Positions 23,680 to 36,100 of a DNA stretch of 64,000 bases are shown in pieces. Every line of letters begins with the position of its first letter. The first letter of the stretch is position 1. Made by a program: the position numbers and the translations under genes. The notes under the pieces were generated by a model. It had not been told where the DNA came from and searched no databases. It saw only the letters and a list, made by a program, of their open reading frames with translations. Source of the stretch: Eledone cirrhosa (Eukaryota); contig OZ024740.1 in NCBI GenBank assembly GCA_964016885.1, positions 247,876,001 to 247,940,000 on the forward strand, given 5' to 3'.

Positions 23680-23950
23680 GACCTCTTTTATACCATAAAC
23701 GTGGCTTTGTCTTTGCGCGTAATTGTTTTTCACCGCTCCTATTAATGACGTATTATATTCGTTTTTTCCCGTTCTTTGCCATGGAACGTTACCACGAACC
23801 AAAGTATCGTCTTCCTGTCTTCCTCCGGTTGCAACGTTTTTTGAAATATCCAGTTCTGCGTTTACAGATTGACTTTGTTAGTTTCAGAAGATCCCGTTAA
23901 GGGTGAAAGCAGCGATTCTTTGCTTAAACTTTAATCTGTTATTTTAATAA
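23680..23950 (+). repeat. pLTR-like repeat carrying a CAGAAGA-core hammerhead (family also at 26580-26985, 28800-29126, partial 18027-18158)
   Basis: Shared CACGAACCAAAGTATCGT...GTTTCAGAAGATCCCGTTAAGGGTGAAAGCAGCGATTCTTTGCTTAAACT; ends in (TA)n. Confidence 0.8.
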
Positions 23951-24060
23951 ATATATATATATATATATACATGGAAAGTTATATTTAAAATTGTTAGGTT
24001 ACAACTAGTAAATATTTATAACTGATATAAAAGCACTCGACAAATATTTGGAGTATATTT

Positions 24061-24431
24061 ACAATATTAAATAAAAGGAAACTATATTTATAAAACCATA
24101 TTTATTTCATTATATATATTTCGGGGATATCATATTAACAATATGCTATGCCTTCCTCAGACAAAATACAATATAAACAGTTTTATAGATAAATAGATTC
24201 GACATACCGTAACAACACCGACTTGCATTTGAAGAGGTTGAGCTGCCAGCTCAACCTCTTCAAATGCAAGTCGGTGTTGTTACGGTATGTCGAATCTATT
24301 TATCTATAAAACTGTTTATATTGTATTTTGTCTGAGGAAGGCATAGCATATTGTTAATATGATATCCCCGAAATATATATAATGAAATAAATATGGTTTT
24401 ATAAATATAGTTTCCATTTATTTAATATTGT
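24061..24431. repeat. Near-perfect 371-bp palindrome made of two head-to-head PLE pLTR ends, each with an HHR
   Basis: 185-bp arms centred on 24246, one mismatch seen; HHR CTGAGGA...GAAA at 24332-24373 and its mirror; arm ends match 15497-15550. Confidence 0.93.
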
Positions 24432-24449
24432 ATATATATATATATATAT

Positions 24450-25035
24450 ATGGAAAAGAATGAAACGAAATTTCAGTTCTCACTCTTAGTCCGGCTGGTA
24501 CTTAAATGTAAGTATGTATGTATACGTACATACATATATGTATACAGACGTACAGTAGTATGTATATATATATACATACATGCACACATATATATATATG
24601 TACGTATGGGTTTACCGAACACTTATTATAATGTTCGGTTTGTTTGTAAACAAAGAGCCCGAATTACGCCGTACAGTGTTCAGGCAACCATCGTCACCTT
24701 TTTGTTCAACACTGACACAGGAACGATGTACTAGTTTCAAGTTTATTAGCTATCGTCAGCATCGTATACCTTTCTGTCAGATGGTTGAAAGTCTGAAAGT
24801 ATATACTTTCCTTATGCATATTAACGGCTGAGAAGCCTAATTTGCATATCGAATGAGTTAGTCGGCCGGGCGCACCTAAAACGATGAATGGAAAAAGAAT
24901 GAAACGAAATTTCATTTCTCACTCTTAGTACGGCTGGTACTTAAATGTAAGTATGTATGTATACGTACATACATATATGTATACAGACGTAGATGCACAC
25001 ATATATATATGTACGTATGGGTTTACCGAACACTT
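24450..25035 (-). mobile_element. Second copy of the ~430-440-bp HHR-bearing unit, partial tandem
   Basis: Reverse complement of 13005-13546; repeat starts near 24455 and 24895; HHR 24724-24764. Confidence 0.8.
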
Positions 25036-25120
25036 ATAATGTTCGGTTTGTTTGTTTGTTTGCCCCTTCTCCACATTTTATTAATATTATATGAATATAT
25101 ATATATATATATATATATAT

Positions 25121-25552
25121 AACGAAGGAAATGTGGTACGGAACCAGATGGACCATAACGCACCAAAGTACTCAATACTTAGGGTAGTAGAGTGGGTAAT
25201 AGGAACGAGAAGGACCCCGACGGCTGAGCTCAAGCCGTTTCGACGGCTAATTCTGGACTAAATGAAAATGTTTATCCTGGTAAATGAATAGGGGGTAATA
25301 TTCCATATATGGTAAAAGTGATTGTCACAAGGATTGGTCAAAAGATTGTTGATGAGACACATAATTCTATCATGGCATTTTGTGGAAGGAAGGGGTAGCT
25401 GAACTTGCCAGTAGAAGAAAGAGGGAGAGGGAGTGGAGGAAACCCAGTCGTGCGTTGAAAGTGACGACTACAGCAGAATCCTAAGTCCAGAATCCTATTC
25501 CAGAATTAGCCGTCGAGACGGCTTGAGCTCAGCCGTCGGGGTCCTACTCGTT

Positions 25553-25556
<4 letters not shown>
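25121..25556. mobile_element. (TA)n-flanked insert with ~58-bp internal inverted repeat, probably PLE-derived
   Basis: 25199-25256 inverts 25499-25557; carries GAAAC-GGCT..AGCC-GTC, the 3' half of an HHR. Confidence 0.5.
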
Positions 25557-25593
<37 letters not shown>

Positions 25594-25618
25594 GTATATA
25601 TATATATGAATATATATA

Positions 25619-25692
<74 letters not shown>

Positions 25693-25785
25693 GAGGATAA
25701 AAGATGAAACAAAAGAAGAAAAAGAAGAACATTTTCGCTCTACATGGCTGAATACAATAAATGTAATCTAAGTTTTTCGAATATT

Positions 25786-25978
25786 AATAATTGTTTCTAC
25801 TTTTGCCAAAAGGCCAGCAATTATCCCAGTGTATTACTGGTACTTTATTTTATCGACCCCGTAGAGGATGAAAGGCAAAGTTAACCTCAGCACAATATGA
25901 ACTTAGACCATAAAGGGCCATAACTCTTTGCTGCAAAGTATGGCGTCCGACCCTCTACCGATACTGCCAATCCACCGT
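25786..25978 (-). mobile_element. Nin-domain tRNA-derived SINE
   Basis: Near full-length copy of the family at 29850-30034. Confidence 0.88.
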
Positions 25979-26080
25979 TCCAATTATGCATACACAAAAG
26001 CAAGAATGAAGGGTTCATTCTACTGACATGGCTATAAAATTGAGGCTTGTTTGCATAATTGCAAACGAATCGAATGTTAT

Positions 26081-26463
26081 TTGGCAGTATCGGTAGAGGG
26101 TCGGACGCCATGCTTTCCAGCATAGTTACGTCCCTTTACGATCTGAGTTCAAATCCCGCCGAGGTTGACTTTGCCTTTCATCCTTACGGGGTTGATAAAA
26201 TAAAGTACCAGTAATGCACTGGGTAATTGCTGGTCTTGTGCCTAAAGTAGAAACAATTATTAATATTCGAAAAGGGCGGTGAATTGGCAGTATCGGTAGA
26301 GGGTCGGACGCCATGCTTTCCAGCATAGTTACGTCCCTTTACGGTCTGAGTTCAAATCCCGTCGAGGTTAACCTTGCCTTTCATCCTTACCGGGTCGATA
26401 AAATAAAGTACCAGTAATACAGTGGTAATTGCTCGCCTTGTGCCAAAAGTATAAACAATTATT
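26081..26463 (+). mobile_element. Tandem dimer of Nin-domain SINEs
   Basis: Copies 26081-26261 and 26274-26463; ATTATTAATATTCGAAAA repeated at 26256-26273 and 26458-26475; B-box GTTCAAATCC. Confidence 0.92.
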
Positions 26464-26492
26464 AATATTCGAAAATCTCAGATTACATTTAT

Positions 26493-26526
<34 letters not shown>

Positions 26527-27044
26527 TATATGAATTTATATATATATATATATATGTGTGAATATATATAGTAACAATATTAAATGTGAATAATAAAATC
26601 CGAAGAGGATATAGGGATAAATATATATCAAATAAATAAGAACACTAGAGCAAGTATTTATTAAAATAACAGATTAATGTTTAAGCAAAGAATTGCTGCT
26701 TTCACCCTTAATGGGATCTTCTGAAGCTAAAAAAATTCAATCAGTGAACGCATAAATAAATATTTCGGAAAACGTTGCAACCGAAGGAAAACAGGAAGAC
26801 GATACTTTGGTTCGTGAAGACATTCCCTGGCAATGAACGGAAAAAGGCGAAGATAATACGTCATTATGTGGAACGAAGAGAACAATTACCCGCAAAGACA
26901 AAACCATGTTTATGGTATAAATGGAGTCATTAGACTAATATTCTATTTAGGAAACCGAATGATTCTCGGTTTAGGAGTTAAGAATATTGTAAATAAATTA
27001 GTTGAACGAAAATGACAGAGGTTATTAAAATCATAAAAGTAATA

Positions 27045-27229
27045 ATTGTTTCTATTATAGGCACAAGGCCAGCAATTACCCAGTACATTACTGATACTTT
27101 ATTTTATCGACCCCGTAATGATGAAAGGCAAAGGTAACCTCGGCGTGATATGAACTTAGATCATAAAGGGACGTAACTCTATGCTTCAAAGCATGGTGTC
27201 CGACTCTCTACCGATACTGCCAATCCACC
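27045..27229 (-). mobile_element. Nin-domain SINE
   Basis: Full-length copy flanked by TAATAATT on both sides. Confidence 0.88.
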
Positions 27230-27992
27230 AATAATAATTAAATATATACATACACACATCTACATACGTACATACACGTGCATACGCGAAAGCACTCGGC
27301 CGTAAACTACCTCGACGTTACCCTCAATTTGTCGAATGGCTTGCACTACACGTATAGAAGCCGAATGACACGCTTAATTACATCAGTAAGCATGCTAACT
27401 ATCCTGCCAGCATAAAGAAGAACCCGGTAAGACACGTTTCTTTGAGGCTTTCTCCTCTATCTACAAACGAGCATATTTTCACCGACTATTCCACATATGA
27501 CAATGAAGCTCTTGCTCGGAGTGGATTTGTCGATAAGGTAGCATATACTAAGTATGAGCACAAACCTAGGAAAAATAGATCCCGACGCATTACATATAAT
27601 ATGTAGGTGGCCACACCATTAGCTAAAATCTTTCTCTCCCTTATTAAGAAGCATTTCCCCTCAGCACATAAATATGATAACATTTTTAATAGAAATACCG
27701 TTAAAATATCTTACTCCACAACTCCTAACTTTGCACATAACATCACTGCTTCAAATTTAGCTTAATTACCTAGCCGTAGGAACACGTGCAACCCTGTAGT
27801 TAGTACTAACTGTAATTGTAGCAATCGGATTGCCTGCCCTCTATCCGGGAAATGCCTCTCCAGTAACATTGTCTACAAATGTAAGGTCGATACATCCACG
27901 TCCAGTAGGGTCTACATAGAGTTTACCGCCAATAGATTCAAGCAGCGTCTTTACATGCACACCCATTCTTTTCTTAACCCTTTAAGAAGGAA

Positions 27993-28234
27993 TATATATA
28001 TGTGTGTGTGTGAGTGTGTATGTGTGTGTGCGTGTGTGTGTGTGTGTGGATGTATGGGTATGCAAGTATGTGTATGTGTATGTGCGTGTATTATATTTGT
28101 TTATTTGCGTATCTGTTTTTATATAGATATTTATATATATGTGGGTGTTTACGTATATGTATGCGTGTACGTATGTATGTATATATGCATATTTATATAT
28201 GTATATTGTATATGTGTGTATATGTGTATGTATA

Positions 28235-28315
<81 letters not shown>

Positions 28316-28800
28316 ATTACCGTTGGTTATGTGTATGATTTGCCGTATGTTTGTATATGCAGGTGAGTGTATATGTATATATGTATATGTATGTCGGTAT
28401 TTAAAAACAAAATGTTTAAACACACATATATGTATGTATATGTGTATATATGGGTATGTATGCGTGTATAAGCGTGTTTGCACGTATGTATGGTGTATGT
28501 GTGTACATAGGGTTCTGGTATATGTACCTTTGGTAAATATATGTGTATTTACCTGTAGGTATGTGTGTGTGTTATATACGCATTTATGCGTGCATATTTA
28601 TATATGTATATATAATTATATGTATACACACACGCACACGCACATATTTATATGTGTATTTGGTGTATACGTTCGTATGTGTTCGGGTATATGTGTCGCG
28701 CCGGTTTACGTAGTGTGCGCGACTTTACGTGTACTTGCATGTATATGCATGGCGGGTGTTTTTGCGTATGCACGTGTATGTACGTATATAGATGTGTGTA
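27993..28800. repeat. Degenerate (TG)/(TA) microsatellite
   Basis: Alternating purine-pyrimidine low-complexity tract. Confidence 0.95.
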
Positions 28801-29128
28801 TTCTTAACTCTGAAGCCGAGAATCATTCGGTTTCCTAAATAGAATATGAGTCTAATGACTCCATTTATACCATAAACGTGGATTTGTCTTTGCATGTATT
28901 TGTTCTCGCCGCTCCACATAACGACATATTATGTTCGCTTTGTTCTGTTCATTGCCAGGAAACGTCTTCACGAACCAAAGTATCGTGTTCCTGTTTTCCT
29001 TCGGGTGCAACGTTTTACGAAATATTTATTTCTGTGTTCACAGATAGATTTTTTTCTTTTTAGTTTCAGAAGATCCCGTTAAGGATGAAAGCAGCGATTC
29101 TTTGATTAAACTTTAATCTGTTATTTTA

Positions 29129-29191
<63 letters not shown>

Positions 29192-29424
29192 TATATATAT
29201 ATAACTCTGCTGTTTATGATCAAACTTTTCGGAGAAAAATATCTCACGTTGATGCGCAGTCTGCAACTGGCGGAGTTTAGGAAAATGATAATAAAAAAGG
29301 GCGTTCGAAAAGCGCACCTGGTATATATAAAAAATGATCTTCATAACACGTACAAAAAATTGATGTCTAGCAAAGCTTTCTTTCTCCGTTTTCAGATTTT
29401 CATAAACTTTTTTGTGTTCGGATA

Positions 29425-30570
29425 AATGGTGCTAAATCGAAAGTCAGACTCCGCCAAGGGTGCGTAGTGTCACCTCTGCTGCACATTACTTACATGAACA
29501 GGTTTGACATGCGGAGCTGGCGGGTGCAAAATCAGTCTTTGCAGATATGGTGTTACTGAACTCCACAGAAGATGATCTCCGACTTGCAATTGATAGGTTT
29601 GATGTCGTGTGCTGCATGGCTGGAATAAAAATCAGTGCAGCGAAAACCGAGACACTCGTCCTCTCAAGGAAGCCTGCTCACTGCAGTCTAAATGTGAGTG
29701 GAGTTGGAAGCCTGCTCACTGCAGTCTAAATGTGAGTGGAGTTTTACTGAAGCAAGTGGAGAAGTTCAAGAATCTCAGGCCTTGATCACGAGTGATGGAT
29801 AACAGGAGGATGAATTATGTGCAAGAATTGCAGGAGTTGATAAAATAATTGTTTCTACTTTAGGCACAAGGCCAGCAATTACCAGTGCATTACTGGTACT
29901 TTATTTTATCGACCCCGTAAGGATGAAAGGCAAAGTCAACCTCGGCGGGATTTGAACTCAGATGGTAAAGGGACGTAACTATGCTGGAAAGCATGGCGTC
30001 CGACCCTCTACCGATACTGCCAATCCACCGCCCTTTGATAAAATAATGCGCCAGCTTCAGCATTCAGTAATCAGAAGAATGGAGGTAGGTTTAAAAGCCA
30101 AACTCACTATCTTCAATTCGGTTTTCGTGTCAACTCTTACCTATGGTCATGAATCTTGGGCAATGACCGAAAGAATACGATCAGGAATACAAGCGATCGA
30201 AATGGAGTTCCTCCGAAGGGTCTTTGGAGTGACGTTACTTGATAGAGTACATAGCTCGGTGGTCAGAGAGTCACTACAGGTAAAGTCACTACTTCTCCGA
30301 ATTGAGAGATCACAGCTCCGATACTATGGGCATGTGGTTGAAATGTCTCAATAAAGAATCGCTGAACAGATTTTGCGGGCAAAATAAACAGGTGGTAGAC
30401 TCAGAGCAAGATGGTTGGATGACATCCTTGAGCTTGGTTAGTCCCGCTTGAGGATCCAGCAGGATCGGTTGGAGACGGTTGCTTCTGACAGGACCCGTTG
30501 GAGGGAGTGTTTGAGGACTCTGCCGCTACGAACCTCTCAGGAATAAGTGGGCGAAGAAAAAAAAAAGAAG
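29425..30570 (+). mobile_element. RTE-clade LINE 3' fragment, degraded, interrupted by a SINE
   Basis: LRQGCVVSPLL, KTETLVLSRK, LTYGHESW, EMEFLRR, RSQLRYYGHV, DRTRWRE; GAA/A-rich tail; 38-bp tandem duplication at ~29668-29743. Confidence 0.85.
29850..30034 (-). mobile_element. Full-length Nin-domain SINE with 13-bp TSD
   Basis: TSD TTGATAAAATAAT at 29837-29849 and 30035-30047. Confidence 0.93.
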
Positions 30571-31182
30571 TTTTCAAAATTTCTTGGTTATATCGGATTC
30601 ACATTGAAAATATGAACATTATCTAACGTACTGACTTTTTTCTATTTTTTTTTTGTAGAATTACTGTATACACATGTTAACGCCTATACCCCCCCCCCCC
30701 CCCCCCCAACACATGTATAAGCACAAGGCACATACTGCTATTACCATACATTGAAACATAAATTCAGCGACATAATCATTAAGATACGTCACAAATATTT
30801 CCAGCTCTATGGAGTCTGTCAGTATTCGTTAGTTCTTATCTCTGATGTTGAATCATTCACACGTTTCGTTTTCAATGACATGTTGTTGTTTTTGATGTTG
30901 TTGTTGTTGTTTTTCTTCTTTTTATTTTTATTTTTCGTTTTCTTCTTCTTCTTCTTCTTCTTCTTCTTCTTCTTCTTCTTCTTTATCGCCATATCCTATT
31001 TATTGCTAAGAGAAACGATGCAATAAACCCAACGTAAATTAGATCGTGAAATCTATGTATATTCTGTGACATTAAATATTCAGCAGCAATAACACGAACA
31101 GCAATAACAAGAACAATAACAATAAACAATAAATAACAATCCCGGAAACATCATGGCTGTGTGTTTCATCTCTTGAGCATAA

Positions 31183-31505
31183 CATCTCACAGTCCTTACT
31201 CAGTCTCTTCATCTCCAAAGTCTCTCATCTCCCCCACCACACCGTCACCTCATGTCTAAAGTCTCTCATCTCCCCACCACACCGTCATTTCTTGTCTAAA
31301 AGTTCTCATCTCACAAACCCTGCTCAGTCTCCTCATCTTTAAAGTATATCATTTCACAATCCCTACACTATCTCCTCATCTCTGAAGTCTCTCATCTCAC
31401 AACGCCTACACTGTCTCCTCATCTCTAAAGTCTCTCATTTCTCAATCACTGCGTCTCACCATCTCTAGAGTGTTTCATCTCTTCATCACATCATTTACAC
31501 AGTCC
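31183..31505. repeat. Tandem minisatellite, ~42-bp unit (CTCATCTCTAAAGTCTCTCATCTCAC...)
   Basis: About 7 diverged copies. Confidence 0.8.
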
Positions 31506-32145
31506 CATGCCTCGCATCATTTCTATATCTCTGCTGACTTTCATCTCGTAATTCTGTCTGTCCGGGTGTTTTCTTAGAAAATTCAAAGTAGATCCGTCTC
31601 GGAATGCATTTAATATTCATGAGCTCCAAAACAAAGCCCCAAAAAACCAAAAAACCAAAAAGTCAAAAACGAAAAACCAACCAAACAAACAAATAACAAA
31701 CCCCTCATCCAATCCAAAACAAATCAATAACACCAGCAATTTAGATGCAAACTATTAGCGTTGAGTGAAGAAAGAAACATGGTTTTCATATACTGTATGT
31801 AGAGGAAGTCAAGTCAATCTAGTCAAAAATCGAAAATTGATTATAAATTACTGTTAGTGTGTCAGATAATTTACTGTGAGTGTGTCAGATGCCTTGCGAT
31901 ATTTGTTATTACCCTTCTTTCTGATTTCAAATCTTAACATGGCCCACTTGAGTTGCCGACGCAATCCACTTCTCAGTTAATACCGCCATTTCATCCTTGT
32001 GTATCTTCAACGAAGTCCACACTATTGCAAGCATTCAGGTCAGGTCTCCAGTTTAAGGCTACCTTCCTTCTTCCTAACCGTTAGTCTCGGGGGCCATAAA
32101 AGGTATAATAGCCACTGCGTTTCACTCTCATAAGGTACTATCTGA

Positions 32146-32235
32146 AGGTAGCTAGTTGGCGGAATTGTTAGAGCGTCCGATAAGATGTTACAGTATGTTT
32201 TCCGGATCGTTGCGCTCTGAGTTCAAATCCCACTG
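32146..32235 (+). mobile_element. Isolated tRNA-like SINE head
   Basis: TAGTTGGCGGAATTGTTAG...CTGAGTTCAAATCCC A/B boxes. Confidence 0.6.
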
Positions 32236-32654
32236 TTACGTGGTGGTGGTCTTAGTTCGTTGCATGAACTAATGCCACCATCTCGCACTTGAGGGCCAAG
32301 TCAGTCTACCCTGTTGCAAGTATTCAGGCCAGTTCTCAGGTTTTGTTTGAGGATAGCTTTCTCCATCAGTCTTACCCTGAAAAGGGCCACGAGCACTATC
32401 CCCATCCCTCCAAAAAAAATAGTAAAAAGAAGAAAAAAAAGAAAAAAGAAAAAAATCCACTCATATAAAATGTATTCACATGTGTTATATAATTATTTCG
32501 TATCTCTCACCAGCTTGTAATGTTTTTAATTGAGGTTACAGAAAAAGATCTCTTAACATTTTGCAGTAAAAATAATAACGACACCATTGATAATGATGGT
32601 GGTGACGATGATACCACCAACAACTGCAATAACAAATAATAATGATGATAATAA

Positions 32655-32935
32655 TAAGGGGTCTAATGATTACATATCGCAAATCCCAGGAAACCCGCGT
32701 ATAGGAGAAATACAAAAGATAGTATTAATGGGAACTGCCCATATACTAAGGAAGATTCTGTCAATATAAGTACATCACAAGTCTAAACACTAAAGATGCA
32801 TGTGTGAATATGTATATTCTTTCTTGAACATGGCGGAGCTTGTTGTCTCTTGAGGTCACTGGTTGTGACTTGGTGATAACTCGTATGAACATAAAGCAAG
32901 ACAAATGCAACTGTAATAATAATAATAATAATAAT
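32655..32935 (+). mobile_element. R4/Dong-like RLE element, 3' fragment
   Basis: KGSNDYISQIPGNPRIGEIQKIVLMGTAHILRKILSI*, 3' UTR and (TAA)n; 5' flank is also TAA-rich. Confidence 0.9.
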
Positions 32936-33181
32936 GTTTTCTTTATTAACCACAAGGGTTTACATAAAGTAGACATTAAGGACAGTACAGGACAATACAG
33001 GACGGTACAAATGGGCATTTCTGCGTGTAAAAAACAGAGGATGAAATAAAATAACAAAGAAAAATTCCCCAATAGGGGGGAGACTTCCGAGGGACATTTG
33101 TGGAGAAAGCCCATTAAAAGACCACAGTGACCCTGACCACCAGGGCAAGTGCCCTCTCCCAGTTTTCCACCCTTAATTTAC

Positions 33182-36100
33182 TTACAGACACATACTCAGA
33201 GAAGGCCCAGTCATTCGGGCCATACTTGCTTCTCTCACCCATCTTTCAACAAAATGCTGGGAAGAGAGCATTTCCTTCTCTACCCTGATTTTCCTTTTCA
33301 AATGAAATTTGAAAAAGTTAATCAGGGCATCACCGAAGGGGTAAGTGCTCGTCTTCAGCCCTTTCAAACGTGTCCACCATACTATCTCTTTCGCCATGGC
33401 CACCAGACAGATAAAAACTGCCTGCCCTTCCCGGCTAAAGGAAGAGGGCGGGGCAATCCTCACGATGGACTCAGCTGATAGCTGGATCCGTCCTACACGT
33501 GACAGCAGGTGTTCGACATAAACCCACAAGTCAGCAATGCTCGGACACTGGACGAGTGCGTGCAGGACGGTTTCGTCGCCCTGCGCGCATCTCGGACATG
33601 CCCGGCTGACGGCACCTCCATGCCTGTAGAGTTTATCCCGAACTGGCAAAGCTCCCCGATAGCACTGCCAGGCCAGGGATTTCGGGAAGTTGTCCATAGG
33701 CCCCGGCCCGAAAGTCCTTCCGAAGAGATTGGCTAGTTGATTTTCGTCGACGCCTAGAGTTTCTCCAAGTACGTCGTCGCTCTTCCCCTCCACTAATCCC
33801 CTATAGAACGCCAAGGTGGAGTTTCCACCGATCACATTGCCCGATTGGTCGAGGGCTGTGAGCGCCTGAAGACATTCCAGTCTCCAAGCGCTCCCTCTCG
33901 GTCTTCGCTTGACCCAGGACTGCAGCTCCGTCAAGGAGACGAGCTGGGGAAAAACGTGTCTAGCAAACGGCGACCACACCTGATCACCGTCGAGGAAGAG
34001 GTGGAGATGTGGTAGCCTGAGCGCGTGTCTGCGCATCATCAACCACGGCATGCCCAGCCCTCCACGTAGCGGGTGTTGACAGCATATGGACCACCTGACC
34101 ATCGGAGCGCGTCCCTTCCACAAGAAGCGAAAGAGCAAACGCTCCAGCGCAGTCAGGCGGGGCTTAGGACAAGGTACGACGGTCAGGCGGTAGTAGATGA
34201 CGGATGCGATGTACGCATTCTCCACCTCCGCTCGACCTTTCAGGGTTAGCTTCCTCTCGGCCCATTTCTGGGTGAGAGAAGCCACCCTGCTCGTCACCTC
34301 GTCCCAGTTTTTGTCCGTCTGGAGGTCTGGACGGAACCAGACCCCTAGCAATTTAACCGGTCCGTCCGTCCAGCGCCCGACGACGCTGTTGGACGGCATG
34401 GACCTGCCTCTCCAGGTGCCGAGCTGCAGGCCCACTGACTTTTCCTGGTTGATCATTGCTCCTGTCACCGCTTCGTATTCTCTTAGTGTAGTGCCGATCG
34501 CCTCGATGTGTTTGGCGTTCGACACCACTACGGTGACATCGTCGGCATATGCTGACACGGATCTTCCGCATCCTAGTTCGCGCGGGACCCCCCTCAACGT
34601 CTCCAGTTTGTGCAGTAATGGCTCGAGAGTCAATACGTACAATAGGGACGAGAGGGGACATCCTTGGCGGACTGAGCGCATGATGTTGAACGGTTCCGAA
34701 AGGTGACCGTTCACTCTCACGTCAGAGCAGATGTCGCTGTGCATGGCAGCGATCCAGCCTCTGAAGACGGGCCCAAAGCCAGCCGCCCTCAGGACTGCCG
34801 CTAGGTAACGATGGTCGACCCTATCGAAAGCTTTCGACTGATCTAAATTGATCAAGGACCCACCCGTGCCAGGTTCCCTAGCTACCCTCTCTACGATGTA
34901 TCGCATGAGGTGGAGGTTGTCGTGGATGGATCTGTCGGGAATGGCACATGTCTGCACCTCTCCCACCAGACCACCAACGACAAGCGCCAACCTCTTTGCT
35001 AGCACGTTGTGTTTAGCAGAGTTATGGGCCGGAAATTATCTATGTTATCCCCATTGTTCGTATCCTTTCTCAGCAGTGCCACCGCTCCTCGGCTCACAGA
35101 ACTGGGAATTCTGCCGTTCTGTTGCCAGTTGCAGTAGACGACCGCCAAGAGGCCTCCGAACAAGTCTGGCATCTGTACGTAAAGTTCATAGGGCAGACCA
35201 TCCAAACCAGGCGATTTACCCCTTGTGCAGCCAGTCATTGCCTCCCGTACTTCAGCGGTTGTTATCGGCTTTTCGCAACACTCCGCCTCAGTGGCCGAAA
35301 GCCGCGGCAGTCCGTCGAGGTAGACACTAAAGTCCATCCCTCGATCCGGCCCGCCACTGCCCCCGAACAGTTGAACGAAGTGTCGCTGAAAAGCTTCACA
35401 CATTTGCCCGGGATCGAGTAGCATGCGCCCGTCGTGGTCCACCAAAGACCGGATCGTGGCTTTGTTGCCACGACGCGCCTCCGCCACTCGGGCCCATTGA
35501 ACGGCTTTCGTCCCCTCGTGTCTGAGAGCACGCACCCTAGCTCTGACAACGCAGCCTTCGTGCTTTGCATTGAAGAATTGGTCAAGGGCCAATTTCGCCG
35601 CAAGTACGTCGATCGCGATGCCTTTGCTAAGCGCCTCATCTAATTTTCTAACTAATTCTCCCTCTGCTCTATTTTTCTCTATTGCTAAAGTCTTACTAAA
35701 CCTAATGGACTCTATTCTAATTGCTCTTTTCAGAGCAAACCACCACTTGTTGTTGACGATGGCCCCCGTCAACGACCGCTTAACTAGTTCGCTAATTCGG
35801 ATCCGTAGGCCTTGCGCGCTGGTAAGAACGCGTTTAGCTTCCAGTAGCCGGGTCCTCGTCCATGAAGCCTATCTAAGTCAAGCACACAGATCACGAATTT
35901 GTGGTCCGTGTAGCTGACTATCTTGAATTGTGGACAGCCTATGCTAGACCTATCTATTTCCCTACAAAATACTCTATCTAGATATGATCTGGATGACCCT
36001 ATGCGATTTGTCCAAGTCCACATTGGTACATTCGGGAAATCCATTCGGTACCTGTCAGACAGTTCAAAACGTCTGAGCAGGTTGGTGAGACTCTTGTACC

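Larger units (their letters stand above)
26580..29126 (+). mobile_element. Degraded Hydra-type PLE: inverted upstream pLTR, thumb/linker/EN fragment, microsatellite, downstream pLTR
   Basis: ~27490-27990 translates NEALARSGF...IFNRNTVKISYSTTPN...CNCSNRIACPLSGKCLSSNIVYKCKV...RFKQRLYMH; flanked by 26580-26985 (-) and 28800-29126 (+). Grouping into one element is inferred. Confidence 0.65.

Noticed and set aside
26274-26365. tRNA gene candidates with A/B boxes
   Set aside because: They continue into the SINE body and tail with TSDs; SINE heads rather than tRNA genes.
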